DNA from: Vicinamibacterales bacterium
GTDB lineage: Bacteria; Acidobacteriota; Vicinamibacteria; Vicinamibacterales; UBA8438
DNA length: 33,848 nucleotides
Assembly: GCA_030745255.1 (NCBI GenBank)
Contig: JASLOY010000001.1
Location: forward strand, 1 to 33,848
Reading direction: 5' to 3'
The position numbers and the translations under genes are program-made. The notes beneath the pieces were generated by a model, which worked only from the letters and a program-made list of their open reading frames with translations, had not been told where the DNA came from and made no database searches. Shown here in pieces: positions 24,622 to 33,040 of the stretch. The first letter of the stretch is position 1; the number at the start of each line of letters is the position of its first letter.

Positions 24622-25995
24622 TTGATCGTGTCGAACGGCCTGCACCTGCATCAACGCGAACGGCGTCCAATCCTCACGTTCTCCGCCATTGGGTGTGGCC
24701 TTGCCGTGGCGTACACACTTGCGGTGACGCTCTTTGCCGGCGCGGCAGGACAGATCATCGAAGGCGATGCCGTGCAGTACTATGCCTATCTTCGATCCCT
24801 GGTCTTCGATCAGGACGTCAACTTCATCAATGACTACCAATTGTTGTACGGGTCCGACGGCGCGTCGAACGTGTGGCTGGACACCACGACCGATACCGGA
24901 CACGCCATTAACTTGATGTCGATCGGCCCAGCGCTGCTGTGGTTGCCGTTCTTCCTCGTCGCCTGTGGTCTCGTGGCGCTGCTCCGGACGGCTGGCGTGG
25001 TTGTCGCGTTCGACGGTATCAGCACGCCGTTTCAACTCTCCGCGGGCATCGCCAGCATCGCGTACGCGACGCTAGGAGCCTATCTCTGCTATCGCGCATG
25101 CGTCCGCTTCTGGCCGCCTGCCGCGTCGCTCTGGGGCACGCTGGCCGCCTGGCTGGCGACGCCGGCACTTTATTACTGCCTCGTCTCGCCGGCCTACTCC
25201 CACGCGACGTCGCTGTTCGTCGTGGCACTGTTCATCTGGACCTGGCTGCGGACGATGGGGGACCAGCGCGCCATCAGGTATGGGTTGCTCGGAATCTTGG
25301 TTGGTCTGGCCGCGCTCGTCCGTTGGCAGAACGTCACGATCCTGATCTTGCCCATGGCCGAACTCGTCCGTGAGCTACGTGACGACAAGACAACTCTGCG
25401 CGGCGCGGCGGTTCAGGTCGGGGTGCTGGGCGCGGCGTCGCTTGTGGCGTTCTTGCCGCAGATGTTCGCCTGGAAACAGATCTACGGGCACTGGCTCCTC
25501 ACGCCGCAGGGCGAAGGATTCATGCAATGGATGAACCCGCAGGTCTGGGCGGTCCTCTTCTCGCTGAATCACGGCCTTTTCTCCTGGACGCCGGCCGTCC
25601 TCGTCGCCGTGCTCGGTCTGGCCGTGCTGGTCGCGCGACACCCGTTCGTGGGTTGGAACAGCGTGGCGGTCCTGCTGACTGCCGTCTACATCAACGCTGC
25701 GGTCGTCGACTGGTGGGCAGGCGAAGCGTTCGGCGCGCGACGCTTCATCGGCCTTACTCCGCTCTTCGCTCTGGGACTCGCAGCAGTGTTTTCGACACGT
25801 CTCCTCGTGAGACGACCACAGCTGGTGGGGGTGGCCGCCAGCGGTCTGATCGTGTACAACCTGCTGTTTCTCGTGCAGTATCAGCTGTTCATGCGAGGCT
25901 ACAGTGAGTTGGTCGCCTATCCGACCTCCGCCAAACAGATTCTCATTGATCGTGTGATCCTTCCATGGACGCTCTTCCGCCATTGGATCGGATGA
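24622..25995 (+). CDS. Polytopic membrane protein, GT-C-like candidate (paralogue family member 3)
   Basis: 457-aa ORF starting at TTG 24622 (GTG 24628 is an alternative), preceded by GAGGAAGG. First-loop motif GDAVQYYAYLRSLVFDQDVNFINDY. Later blocks are IGPALLWLPFF, VRWQN, FSLNHGLFSWTPAVL and WWAGEAFGARRFIGL. Confidence 0.85.
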   Translation: MIVSNGLHLHQRERRPILTFSAIGCGLAVAYTLAVTLFAGAAGQIIEGDAVQYYAYLRSLVFDQDVNFINDYQLLYGSDGASNVWLDTTTDTGHAINLMSIGPALLWLPFFLVACGLVALLRTAGVVVAFDGISTPFQLSAGIASIAYATLGAYLCYRACVRFWPPAASLWGTLAAWLATPALYYCLVSPAYSHATSLFVVALFIWTWLRTMGDQRAIRYGLLGILVGLAALVRWQNVTILILPMAELVRELRDDKTTLRGAAVQVGVLGAASLVAFLPQMFAWKQIYGHWLLTPQGEGFMQWMNPQVWAVLFSLNHGLFSWTPAVLVAVLGLAVLVARHPFVGWNSVAVLLTAVYINAAVVDWWAGEAFGARRFIGLTPLFALGLAAVFSTRLLVRRPQLVGVAASGLIVYNLLFLVQYQLFMRGYSELVAYPTSAKQILIDRVILPWTLFRHWIG

Positions 25996-26022
25996 GCCGG
26001 CAACGGGCGTAGACTGCCTTCC

Positions 26023-27162
26023 GTGCGCATCTGCCACATCACGCCGCATCTACCCCCGGACCAGGCGGCCAATGCCCTGCTGCCGTTTCACCTCGGCGCG
26101 TGGGCCGTGCAAGCCGGCGACGCCGTCACGTACATCGCGCACCACCCGCGCACGCCCGGCGGCACGACCTGGCCCGGTCCGGTCACCTGGATTCCGTCAC
26201 ATCGCCGCCGCGGGGCGTGGATGCGGCACACACGATTGGGCGCGGTGGTGAGCGCGACGGACGTCGTCCGGCGCGGCGCACCGCGTATCCGCGAGGCCGA
26301 TGTCGTCCATGTGCACGGCAACGGTCTGCTGACCGAAGTCGGCGCAGCCGTGGCGTCATGGCAACGGAAGCCCACCGTGCTCACGTTGTACGGCACGGAC
26401 GTCTGGCATTACCGCGCTCCGACGCTCAAGCCCGATCTGTTCGCCAGGGCGTTCCGACAGGCCTCGCACGTCACGTTCTACAGCGATGGCCTCAGGTCGC
26501 GGGCGCGGGAACTGGGGTTGGCCCAGGACGCGACCAGCGTCATCTACCCTCCGGTGGCGGACAGCTTTACGTGGCAGAGCCAGGCCGGCCAAGTGGACGC
26601 CCGCCGGCAGCTCGGGCTGACCAGGCGCCACGTGCTCGTCAACGTGAAGCATCTACACCCCTACGCGGCGCAGCATACGCTCATCGAAGCGATGCCCGCT
26701 TTGCTGCAGACCCACCCTGATACGCACCTGATCGTCTGCGGAAGCGGTCCACTGCTGGCCCACCTCCAGCAGATGGCCGACGCGGCCGGCGTCGGCCGCC
26801 ACGTCACGTTCGCGGGTCTGGTCGACAACCAGACTGTCGCGCAGTACTGCGCCGCTGCCGATCTGTTCGTTCTGCCATCGGTCCTCGAAGCCTGCCCGAC
26901 CGTGGCGCTGGAGGCGCTCGCGTGCGGCACCCCGGTCGTAACGGCCGACAGCCCGGGCGGGGTCGAGTTGGGCGGTCGGTTCGGCCGAGATGTCGTGGTT
27001 GTGCCGCGTGAGGATCCAGACGCGCTCGCGGCCGCCATTCGGGTCCAACTCGATGAACGGCGGCGCACGACGACATCCACCGCGCAACAGATTGAACAGG
27101 AGCTCAGGCTCTCCGTCGTGGGCGCGCGGTTCCGAAGCATTTACGAGGCGTGTCTCGCGTGA
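26023..27162 (+). CDS. Glycosyltransferase family 4
   Basis: GTG 26023 (MRICHITPHLPPDQAANALLPFHLG). C-terminal region LPSVLEACPTVALEALACGTPVVTADSPGGVELG. Confidence 0.88.
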   Translation: MRICHITPHLPPDQAANALLPFHLGAWAVQAGDAVTYIAHHPRTPGGTTWPGPVTWIPSHRRRGAWMRHTRLGAVVSATDVVRRGAPRIREADVVHVHGNGLLTEVGAAVASWQRKPTVLTLYGTDVWHYRAPTLKPDLFARAFRQASHVTFYSDGLRSRARELGLAQDATSVIYPPVADSFTWQSQAGQVDARRQLGLTRRHVLVNVKHLHPYAAQHTLIEAMPALLQTHPDTHLIVCGSGPLLAHLQQMADAAGVGRHVTFAGLVDNQTVAQYCAAADLFVLPSVLEACPTVALEALACGTPVVTADSPGGVELGGRFGRDVVVVPREDPDALAAAIRVQLDERRRTTTSTAQQIEQELRLSVVGARFRSIYEACLA

Positions 27163-27167
27163 CAGCC

Positions 27168-28622
27168 ATGTTCGGCAACGTGCGTCGGATCTTCGGGCAT
27201 CTGATCGTCTACGGCTCCGCGGACGTCGCGATTCTCGCGATCAACTTCCTCCTTCTTCCGATCTACACACGCGTGCTCTCGCCCGCGGAATACGGCGTGC
27301 TGGCGCTTGTGCTCGTGCTGGAAGCGGTACTCAAGCCGCTGTATCGCTGGGGCCTGGATACGTCGTTTCTACGGCTCTACTACGATTGTCGCGACGACTC
27401 AGATCGGAAGACTCTCGCCGGCACGGTCATCGTCTTCCTGCTGGGCGCCAATGGCGGCCTGACCGTCCTGCTGCTTGTCGCGGCTCCCGTACTCAGCGAG
27501 TTACTGTTCGGTAGCCGCGATCATGCGCTGACACTGTCGCTGCTGTTCGCGAACGGGTTCATCGCCAGCTTCATCTTCCCGCCCTTGACGCGCCTGCGCA
27601 TCCAGGAGCGATCCCGCGCCTACGCGGCCCTGACGTTCGCCCGCTCGCTCGGCACGGTCATTGTCAGGCTGGTGTTCGTCGTCGGCCTCCGGTGGAGCGT
27701 CATGGGTATCGTCTTGGCGGATGTCGTCGTCTCGACGCTCGTCATCGCGGGACTCGGCCCAACGATCAGCTCGATGACGACGTGGCGATTTTCACGATCG
27801 GTCGCGCGGGAGATGCTGCAGTTCGGGCTGCCTCGGGTGCCACAGGGTCTGATGCATCAGGGAATGGCCATGAGTGACCGGTTCTTTCTTGGGCTGTATT
27901 TGCCGCTCGAGCAAGTCGGGGTGTACCTCATCGGCACGAGCATCGCCTCACTGGTCAAGCTCTACCCGGTGGCGTTCTCGACCGCGTGGATGCCATTCGC
28001 GTTCGATTCGATGCGGCGCACGGACGCTCCCCAACTCTTCGGGCGCCTTGCAAGCTACGCCTTTGCCGTATTGGGGTTTCTGACGCTGGCCCTCGCCTGC
28101 CTGGCGCAGCCGGTCGTGACCCTGATGACGCCGGCCTCGTTTCACGCAGCCGCACGGGTCGTACCGCTGCTGGCTCTGGGCATGGCGATCCAATCAACAA
28201 CCACGTTTCTCTCGACCTCAATCAACGTCGCCAAGAGGACGCATGCATACCCGATTGCGACTGCGGTTGCGGCAGCTGTGAGTATCGCGGGCTACCTGGC
28301 GCTCATTCCGCGCTGGGGGATCTTCGGCGCGGCCACGGCCGTCGTGGCTGGCCAGATCGTTCTGGTCGCGACGCTCGGGGGTTTCGCCCAGCGCTATTTC
28401 GCCATCCAGTACGAATGGCTCCGGTTGGGCAAGGTGGTGCTGAGCGCCGGGATGCTGTATGGGATAATGACCGCGTTGCCGCAAACCTCGACGGCCCTGA
28501 CGCTTGGAAGCGCGGTCGGCGTCTTGGCGGCGTATCCGATCCTCTTGCTGAGCCTGGGGTTTTTTCGCGCGAGCGAACTGCGAGAGATCCGGCAACTCAT
28601 GGCGAACCTCCGGAGCAGATAG
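27168..28622 (+). CDS. Wzx-like oligosaccharide/polysaccharide flippase (MOP superfamily)
   Basis: ORF 27150..28622. ATG 27168 lies just after the upstream stop; GTG 27150 would overlap that gene by 13 nt. N-terminus MFGNVRRIFGHLIVYGSADVAILAINFLLLPIYTRVLSPAEYGVLALVL is typical of polysaccharide-biosynthesis (Wzx) proteins. About 12-14 TM helices run throughout. Confidence 0.85.
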   Translation: MFGNVRRIFGHLIVYGSADVAILAINFLLLPIYTRVLSPAEYGVLALVLVLEAVLKPLYRWGLDTSFLRLYYDCRDDSDRKTLAGTVIVFLLGANGGLTVLLLVAAPVLSELLFGSRDHALTLSLLFANGFIASFIFPPLTRLRIQERSRAYAALTFARSLGTVIVRLVFVVGLRWSVMGIVLADVVVSTLVIAGLGPTISSMTTWRFSRSVAREMLQFGLPRVPQGLMHQGMAMSDRFFLGLYLPLEQVGVYLIGTSIASLVKLYPVAFSTAWMPFAFDSMRRTDAPQLFGRLASYAFAVLGFLTLALACLAQPVVTLMTPASFHAAARVVPLLALGMAIQSTTTFLSTSINVAKRTHAYPIATAVAAAVSIAGYLALIPRWGIFGAATAVVAGQIVLVATLGGFAQRYFAIQYEWLRLGKVVLSAGMLYGIMTALPQTSTALTLGSAVGVLAAYPILLLSLGFFRASELREIRQLMANLRSR

Positions 28623-28665
28623 GCCGAGACCTACACGCTACCGACTCGGAGCGGCGCCACGCCCC

Positions 28666-29538
28666 ATGTCGCTCCGCGGCGCCTTCGCAGCAACCCACGT
28701 GATGCGAGTCATCGACCAGGAAGCCATAGAACAACACGGCGCCGAGAGGTTTCGGTCCGAGTACCACTATGCCGTGTTCGAATACTGGCGATCGGCCAAG
28801 CTGCTGCGCTACCTGACCGAAGCGGGCATCACGACGCTCGGCCGGGTCCTCGATGACGGCTGCGGCGGCGGCGGGATGAGCGTCTCGTTCGCTGAGGAAG
28901 CGGAATCGGTCGTCGGTATCGACCTCGCCGACCGCTTTCGCGACGCGGGCGAGAGACTGTCCGACGAACTTGAAGGACCGCGTCCGCTGTTCTCGCAAGC
29001 CGACGGCGCCAAGCTCCCGTTTCGGGATGCCTGTTTCGATCTCGTCGTCTCTCACGCCGTCATTGAACACGTGCAGGATCCGTTGGCCTACCTGCTCGAG
29101 GCTCGGCGAGTGCTCAGACCTGGCGGGCGACTCTTTCTCGAGACGGCGCCCTACCTGTCGCCTAGTGGCGTACACTTGCCGAGGCTGCGCTTCCCGATTC
29201 CGCCACATCTCTTGCTGGGACGTCGGATGGCGTTCCGGCTCGTCTGGTGGCTCGCCCGCCACGCTCCGGGCACCTTTCGCGCACCCGTGGATGGCTCATC
29301 CTTTCTGGCGCGGGCGAGCCGGGGTGAAACGAAGATCGATGACCTGTACTACCTCGTGACACTGCGCAATCTGCGCGAGCACATCGCCGCCGCCGGATTC
29401 AAGATGGTCCGGGAGGATCTCGAGATCAGCAGGCTGGCACGCCGTGCACTGCCGCCATGGCTCGTCGACCGGATTCCGCATATTCCGATCGGACGCGACG
29501 TGCTGATCACGAATATGGAATACGTATTGAGTTGCTAG
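28666..29538 (+). CDS. Class I SAM-dependent methyltransferase
   Basis: Motif I VLDDGCGGGGMS, then VVGIDL, FDLVVSHAVIEHV and LRPGGRLFLE. Confidence 0.88.
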   Translation: MSLRGAFAATHVMRVIDQEAIEQHGAERFRSEYHYAVFEYWRSAKLLRYLTEAGITTLGRVLDDGCGGGGMSVSFAEEAESVVGIDLADRFRDAGERLSDELEGPRPLFSQADGAKLPFRDACFDLVVSHAVIEHVQDPLAYLLEARRVLRPGGRLFLETAPYLSPSGVHLPRLRFPIPPHLLLGRRMAFRLVWWLARHAPGTFRAPVDGSSFLARASRGETKIDDLYYLVTLRNLREHIAAAGFKMVREDLEISRLARRALPPWLVDRIPHIPIGRDVLITNMEYVLSC

Positions 29539-29550
29539 ACGCCGTTTGCC

Positions 29551-30579
29551 ATGAAGCTCCTCCTCACGGTCGACACCGAAGCTGACAACCAGTGGGAGCC
29601 CGGCGCGACGTTGACGACGGCCAACATCGCGCACGTGCCGAGGTTCCAGGCGCTCTGCGAGCGCTTCGAATTCCCGCCGACCTACCTCTGCACCCACGAA
29701 GTCGTCACAGGCGACGCCTTCGATGACACGCTGCGGCGGCCGACGCGTGCCGGCCGAGCCGAGATCGGTGCGCACCTGCACCCCTGGTCCACGCCGCCGT
29801 TCGACGCCGCTTGGGACGAAGAGGGGCGAGCGCGCACCTACCCGTCGGAACTCCCCGATGACCTGCTGCATGCCAAGCTGACCACGCTGACCGACACGAT
29901 TGGCGACCGACTCGGGCACCGGCCCACGAGTTATCGCGCGGGCCGTTGGGGTCTTTCGTCGAGCCAGGTACAGATGCTCTCCGAACTGGGATACGCGGTC
30001 GATTGCTCCGTGACGCCGCTCGTGTCTTGGGCCCAAGACCGCGGCCTGCGCCACGGTGGCCCCGACTTCACGCGTGCGCCGCTCGCGCCGTATGCTCCGT
30101 CCAAGCACGATATCTGTCGCGCTGGATCGTCCGACCTGCTCGAGATACCGGTCACGATCGTTCACACGAGCAGCCTGATGCGACGGTCGCGCCGGTTCCG
30201 ACGCTGGTTCCGCCACCACCACCGCTCCTGGGGGGCGCGCGCCGGCGACCGATTCCTTCGACTCGCGCCCCAGTGGTTCCGGCCCTACCCCCAGATGTCG
30301 GCGGAACGATTGATCGCCGTCTACGAAACCGCGAGTGTGCTGGGGGTCCCGGCCGTCGAGATGATGCTGCATTCCTCGGAGCTCATGCCGGGCGGCTCGC
30401 CGTACAATCGCACACCCGCCGCGGTGGACGACCTGTTCCGTCGGCTCGAGCGTACGTTCGCGCACCTCGCCTCACGCGGCGTCGGGGGCATGACCCTGAC
30501 CGAGTTCGCTCGCCCACGCTCGGCGAGCGACGGCGCGACGTCGAGGCGCAGCATCGAGTCGTACATCGCTCGGTCCTAG
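29551..30579 (+). CDS. Polysaccharide deacetylase-like (CE4-related) protein
   Basis: N-terminus MKLLLTVDTEADNQWEP, followed by EIGAHLHPWSTPPF (candidate metal-binding His) and SYRAGRWG. This resembles the deacetylase-like proteins found in polysaccharide loci. The functional call is tentative. Confidence 0.6.
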   Translation: MKLLLTVDTEADNQWEPGATLTTANIAHVPRFQALCERFEFPPTYLCTHEVVTGDAFDDTLRRPTRAGRAEIGAHLHPWSTPPFDAAWDEEGRARTYPSELPDDLLHAKLTTLTDTIGDRLGHRPTSYRAGRWGLSSSQVQMLSELGYAVDCSVTPLVSWAQDRGLRHGGPDFTRAPLAPYAPSKHDICRAGSSDLLEIPVTIVHTSSLMRRSRRFRRWFRHHHRSWGARAGDRFLRLAPQWFRPYPQMSAERLIAVYETASVLGVPAVEMMLHSSELMPGGSPYNRTPAAVDDLFRRLERTFAHLASRGVGGMTLTEFARPRSASDGATSRRSIESYIARS

Positions 30580-30586
30580 CGATTCC

Positions 30587-31594
30587 GTGAGACCCCAGAC
30601 CTCAATGTCACCGGACCGATGGCACCGCATGGAGCGGCGGGAAGTCGAATCGGCCGAGCGATTCCTGCGGGAGCATGCCCCCGAGCGCGCGCCGGAAGCG
30701 CAGGGCTGGTTTGCCTGGCAGTATGTCGACAACCCCGACGGATTCGACGTGCGGGTCTGCCGGGACAAGGACTCGATCGCTGGCATCTCCGGCTTCATTC
30801 CGTGCCGGCTCGACATTGACGGTGTCGTTCGAACCGGCGCCTTTTCGACGAACACGCAGGTGGCACCGCCCTACCGGCGACAGGGTCTGGGACAGGCGCT
30901 CCACGAGACGCGGCTCCGCGACTACGACTGGGCGCTGTCGTCCGGCCAGTCAGCCGCCAACCGCCGGCTGTACGAGCAGCTCGGCTTCGTCGTGTCCGGC
31001 GACTATCGGCGGGTCTTCGTCCAGACGACGCGGCCAAGATTCCGCTTTCGGGCCCAGACGTTGCGCGAGTGGAGGTCCTGGTTGTTCTGGCGGTTCGGGG
31101 CGCAGCGTCACGCTCACGCCGACCACGCGGTCCGGGTCGAGGTCGAGCCGCATGCTCCGCCGGACGACCCCACGCTGTACGGCTCGCGCTTCGACGGCAG
31201 CGCGGTCGGGCCCCGCTGGGATCGCCGTCACGTCGTCTGGCGGTACGAGCGGCACCCGTACTTCACCTACCGTTTCGCCAGCGTCTTCGAGGGGGAGGAA
31301 CGACTGGGCTTTGGCGTCGTGCGGGAGACCCGGACCGCGACCGTTCTCGTGGACCTGTACGGGCGGCTTGCCACACGACCCCTCGTGCTGCGGGGCATCG
31401 CCGAGCGATTTCGTGGCCTCATTTCCGGCGTGTTCGTCGGCGCCTCGCTCGACCGGATGTTCCGGAAGGAGGGATGGCTGACCTTTCGCGCCGGTGGGCA
31501 ACTCATGGGAAAATCGAACGATCCGTCGCTGCACCGGCAGCTGAGCGAACGTGAGTGGTGCTTCTTTGCCGGCGATTCCGACTCGGATCGGTGA
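30587..31594 (+). CDS. GNAT-family N-acetyltransferase (two-domain, ~330 aa)
   Basis: GTG 30587 (ATG 30605 is an alternative). Acetyl-CoA binding motif A-like segment: FSTNTQVAPPYRRQGLGQALHETRL ... SAANRRLYEQLGF. Confidence 0.75.
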   Translation: MRPQTSMSPDRWHRMERREVESAERFLREHAPERAPEAQGWFAWQYVDNPDGFDVRVCRDKDSIAGISGFIPCRLDIDGVVRTGAFSTNTQVAPPYRRQGLGQALHETRLRDYDWALSSGQSAANRRLYEQLGFVVSGDYRRVFVQTTRPRFRFRAQTLREWRSWLFWRFGAQRHAHADHAVRVEVEPHAPPDDPTLYGSRFDGSAVGPRWDRRHVVWRYERHPYFTYRFASVFEGEERLGFGVVRETRTATVLVDLYGRLATRPLVLRGIAERFRGLISGVFVGASLDRMFRKEGWLTFRAGGQLMGKSNDPSLHRQLSEREWCFFAGDSDSDR

Positions 31595-31609
31595 CGGACG
31601 AGTAGCGAG

Positions 31610-32971
31610 ATGCGCCTAGCGTGGTTCACACCGCTCCCACCCGAGCGCTCCGGCATCTCGGCCTACAGCGCGGAGCTTCTCCCGGAGCTTGCGCGACAGT
31701 ATTCGTTCGACATCTTCACCGAATCATCGACGGCGCCGGCTCCCGCAGGCACGGAACTGTTCGACGCGCACGATTTCATCTGGAAGCACCAGCGACGTCC
31801 CTACGACCTCAGCGTCTACCAGCTGGGCAACGCCACCTGTCACGACTACATGTGGCCCTACCTCTTCCGGTTCCCCGGGCTGGTTGTCCTCCACGACGGC
31901 CAGTTGCACCTGGCAAGAGCGAGGCTGCTGCTTCAGCAGGAGCGCCATTCCGACTACCGCGCCGAGCTGCGGTTCAACCATCCAGACGTCACGGCGGAAG
32001 TCGCCGATCTGGGCATCACGGGTCTGTTGGGTTCCCTGCATTATTTCTGGCCGATGCTCCGCACAGTGGTCGACGCGTCACGATGCGTCGCGGTCCACAG
32101 TCCAGGGCTCGCGACCGACCTTCACGCAGAATTCCCCGAGGCGACGATTGCCGACCTGGCTATGGGTGTCCCGGCAGGTACTCCGGGCGCCAGCCCCGGC
32201 ACCCTTCGGCCCCGCCATGCGATTCCTGAGAATGCCGTGGTCTTCGCGGCCTTCGGACGGATCACGCCGGAGAAGCGCATTTCGCAAATCATTCAGGCGC
32301 TGGCGGCGATCGGCGAAGGCGAGACGCCGCTACATCTGCTGCTGGTCGGCGAATCGGCCCCGTACTATGATCCGGTTGCCGAGGCGCAGTCGCTCGGAAT
32401 CTCGGACCGGGTCACGCTCACCGGATTTGTCGACGAGAGTGATCTGGCCGACTACCTCGAGTGCGCGGATATCTGTCTTTGCCTCCGGTGGCCGTCCGCC
32501 CGGGAAACGTCGGCCTCCTGGCTACGATGCCTGGCCGCCGGCAAGGCGACGATCGTCACCGATCTGGCACACACGGTCCAGGTGCCCTCGCTCGATCCCA
32601 GATCGTGGATGCCCCAGCACGCGCCGGAGATCGGCGAGGGCGCCCCGGACGGCCGCCCGGTCGAACCGATCTGCGTCAGCCTCGACATTCTCGACGAGGA
32701 TCATTCTCTTCGGCTGGCAATGAGGCGATTGGCCCAGGACGACGCACTGCGCTCGCAGTTGGGCCGCCAAGCGCATGCGTACTGGCAACGTCACCACACG
32801 CTCGATCGAATGGTGTCCGATTACCAGGCGCTGCTCAGCCTGGCCCTCGACACCCAGCCACCCGCGAGACATCTTCCAGGGCACCTCCGTCCGGATGGCC
32901 TAGAACACGCGCTGACCCTCGCGGCCGAGGGCGGATACCCGGAGAATCCGTTCGACCGGAGCACTCGATAG
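31610..32971 (+). CDS. Glycosyltransferase family 4
   Basis: N-terminus MRLAWFTPLPPERSGISAYSAELLPELARQY, then FGRITPEKRISQII and LLLVGE. C-terminal region CLRWPSARETSASWLRCLAAGKATIVTDLAH. Confidence 0.85.
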   Translation: MRLAWFTPLPPERSGISAYSAELLPELARQYSFDIFTESSTAPAPAGTELFDAHDFIWKHQRRPYDLSVYQLGNATCHDYMWPYLFRFPGLVVLHDGQLHLARARLLLQQERHSDYRAELRFNHPDVTAEVADLGITGLLGSLHYFWPMLRTVVDASRCVAVHSPGLATDLHAEFPEATIADLAMGVPAGTPGASPGTLRPRHAIPENAVVFAAFGRITPEKRISQIIQALAAIGEGETPLHLLLVGESAPYYDPVAEAQSLGISDRVTLTGFVDESDLADYLECADICLCLRWPSARETSASWLRCLAAGKATIVTDLAHTVQVPSLDPRSWMPQHAPEIGEGAPDGRPVEPICVSLDILDEDHSLRLAMRRLAQDDALRSQLGRQAHAYWQRHHTLDRMVSDYQALLSLALDTQPPARHLPGHLRPDGLEHALTLAAEGGYPENPFDRSTR

Positions 32972-33003
32972 GCGATAACTTCATTGCTACCAATAGGTTA
33001 GCC

Positions 33004-33033
33004 TTGACTTCGCACCCTCGCAAAAAGTAGGCT
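33004..33033 (+). promoter_or_regulatory. Candidate sigma70-type promoter upstream of thiS (TTGACT - 18 nt - TAGGCT)
   Basis: TTGACT at 33004-33009, an 18-nt spacer, then TAGGCT at 33028-33033. This would put the transcript start within a few nt of the thiS TTG start (33041), making the mRNA near-leaderless. That is unusual for a TTG start, so confidence is low. Confidence 0.2.
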
Positions 33034-33040
33034 CAAGCGG

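Noticed and set aside
32972-33040. Possible TPP (THI-box) riboswitch upstream of thiS.
   Set aside because: The gap is only 69 nt. It lacks the conserved CUGAGA and ACCUGAUCUGGAUAAUGCCAGCG-like elements, so there is no room for the aptamer plus an expression platform.
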